From the human T2T-CHM13v2.0 reference genome, Homo sapiens: a DNA stretch of 64,000 nt. A program made the translations under genes and the position numbers. The stretch is from the NCBI RefSeq assembly GCF_009914755.1, contig NC_060947.1. One strand, 5' to 3'. The notes under the pieces were generated by a model. That model had not been told where the DNA came from. It saw only the letters and a list, made by a program, of their open reading frames with translations, and ran no database searches. How positions within the stretch are numbered: the first letter of the stretch is position 1; each line of letters begins with the position of its first letter. Below, piece after piece: positions 61,870 through 64,000 of the stretch.

Positions 61870-64000
61870 ATGAAATAATAAAGACTTATAGTTGTCACGC
61901 TCATCCTCACAATAAGAAAAAAGCTGAACTGAAAATCAACAACTCTCTTTAATCCATCAGATAATTGATGTCACAGAGTGAAACATGGCCTCAAATATTG
62001 GAGAGACAGGCAAATACAGAGAATCACAGTTTACTGGAGCAAAAGCTCAGGAGAAGCCCATTGCTGGATCCAGTACAAAGAGTATTACAATGTAAAAAAC
62101 TGCAAATCTTATAGTTTATTTAAGATGTCCCTAGGGAAACTCAAAGACAACAAGGGAGACTAAAACAAGGACACAAAGGAAATTTTGGCCTATGGCACCT
62201 ACAATGACAGTGATGGCAGCGATGGCCCATCTGGAGTGGCTGCTGCCATGATGCCCACTGCAGTGGGGGAGGCATGGCTGGGGCTGCACACTCCACAGAG
62301 TTGGTGGGAGCTGGGAGCTGGCAGGAGCCCTGCCCACCCAGGTACAGCGGCAGCCACCCAAACCGCAGCTGCAGACCCGGGCATCCCTGTGCTCTTGGGG
62401 GCCAGAAGCAGGCAGGAGCCCCACCCTCCCAGATGCAGCTGCAGCCACCCAAGCTGTGGCTGTGGACCCAGGCATCTCTGCATTCTTGGGAGCCTGGGAA
62501 GGCCGCACTGCCCCTACAGGTTTAGAAGTGCCTGCTTCCACTGCCTGGCCCCTCCCCACTCCCAGTGACTGCTCCGATATCTGAGCAAAGTTGAGGCCGA
62601 GCCCAGGCATTGTTGCAACCGGCCGGGTGTGTACACGCTCAGGGCAATGCTGACTCTGGACTTTGGGTGCCAACAAACATGGGAGGGAGGCCAAGGGGGA
62701 GCTGAGGGCAGCTCAGTGCTGGCCTGCAAGCACCCTTTGGCATAAACAGCCTGGGCACCATGAACAGCGACAGGAGGTAGGCAGGAGGCAGACAGACTCC
62801 AGGACAGGAAGGGGCAGGTCCCTGGTGAAGCCCCTCCTTCAAGCCGGGGAAAGCTTGAAGCCTGAAGACTGGAGTGGGAACTTGTGGTGCTTTTTCTGGG
62901 CCCACCCATGGTCGCCCATAGACCAACTTGTATCCACTTCCTCCCATCTGAGGCCCCATAAAAGCCCTGGACTCAGCCAGAACAGAGGAGACGATGGGAC
63001 AATCTGAGTGAAGAGAGGGGCTACCCACTCCAGGGTTTCCTGTGTGTTGATAGCTGAGGAGACAACAGGACTACCAGCTGTGGAGAGGAGCTACCCACTG
63101 CAGGGTCTCTTCTCTGCTGAGAGCTGAACACTCATCAGGATACCCTGCCTGTGGAGAGGATCGACCCAATGCCGGTCTCCTGAGCTGCTCTGTCACTCAA
63201 TAAAGCTCCTCTTTGTCTTGCTCAACCGACACTTGTTGATGTACCTAATTATTTCCGGATGCAGGACAAGAACTTGAGACCTGCCAAATGGCGGGGCTAA
63301 AAGGGCTATAATACTAATGGGACTGAAACATGCCTCTTGCTCACCACATTGAGGGTTACAAGAAGGAGAGAACAGAAAAGGAGAGAAGAGCTGCAGCCCT
63401 TTGGGGAGCCCAGACCTAGGAGCTCCCCAAGCCAGGGCTGTGACACCCTCTCTGGGGCTCTTCAGTTCCTGGCATCTTCAAGCTTCCAGGTGCCACAGCA
63501 TTCCCTGGTGCCAGCTGTGGGAGCTGCTTGCAGTATGCCTGGTCCAGCCGTGGCCTCAACTGGAGCGGCTGCCCATGCTGGAGCCTGGAGCTACCCGTCC
63601 CGCCACAACCAGCACCCCTGGCTTTGCACAGTGGCCTGATCCCACGGTCGCATGCTCACATTCTCCTCTCCTCTCCACTCCACTAGCCCTTGGCAGGCAT
63701 GGGATCCAGGCGAGTAGCGTGAGCCAAGTGCAGCCTGCCGGGCCAAGTGGGCCCAGCAGGCCCAAGCAATCCTTGGGCAAAGGCATCACTGGCCACAGAG
63801 GTTTCCGGCTGGCAAATCGATACCCCAAGGATCTTGTGACAACAGCAAAGAGTAAACACAGTATAACACTTTGCCATATTAACAAAAAACCTTAAACTAA
63901 AGGCCTATGTACCTCAGTTCCTTCTATTAATATACAGTACATTAAGACTCACTTTGAACAAAAAATTACAAGGCATACTGAAAGTAAAAAATTAAAATAA
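61870..64000 (+). mobile_element. Old L1M 5' region split by MER52
   Basis: ctgaaaatcaacaactct...cagagaatcacag, continuing after 63845. Confidence 0.55.
62211..63841 (+). mobile_element. MER52A-type long ERV1 solo LTR
   Basis: tgatggcagc...ccccaaggatcttgtgaca, with GC-rich internal repeats (gcagccacccaa, gagctacccact), aataaa at ~63199 and a 4-bp TSD acag. Confidence 0.88.

Noticed and set aside
62131-63895. Cluster of 100-187 aa ORFs on both strands in a GC-rich block resembling a CpG island
   Set aside because: All lie within or overlap the MER52-type LTR. High GC suppresses stop codons and the CpGs are largely decayed.

Overview
AT-rich, gene-poor primate DNA, probably human or great ape (it carries L1PA2-type and AluY elements), made up almost entirely of transposon-derived sequence. 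I can support no protein-coding gene; the listed ORFs fall in L1, Alu, LTR or low-complexity sequence. The main structure is an ancient, heavily diverged head-to-tail tandem array. About 8 copies of a composite unit, spaced 4.5-8.5 kb, recur across the window. The unit order is L1 ORF1 fragment > MLT-like end > L2 3' end > [optional L1MD-like insertion] > L1 5'UTR-like block > ~90-bp core with a hairpin and a minus-strand splice acceptor > L1 3' end > ORF2 fragments > AATAAA-containing module > AT-rich module. Younger Alu, L1PA/PB/MA, MST, MLT1, LTR10-like and MER52 insertions are each confined to one copy. Superimposed on the array are a ~2.1-kb inversion that splits an AluJ, three locally templated patches, two twin-primed L1s and one strong CTCF motif in a patch that retains CpGs. 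Subfamily names, identities and coordinates were read by eye and are approximate.
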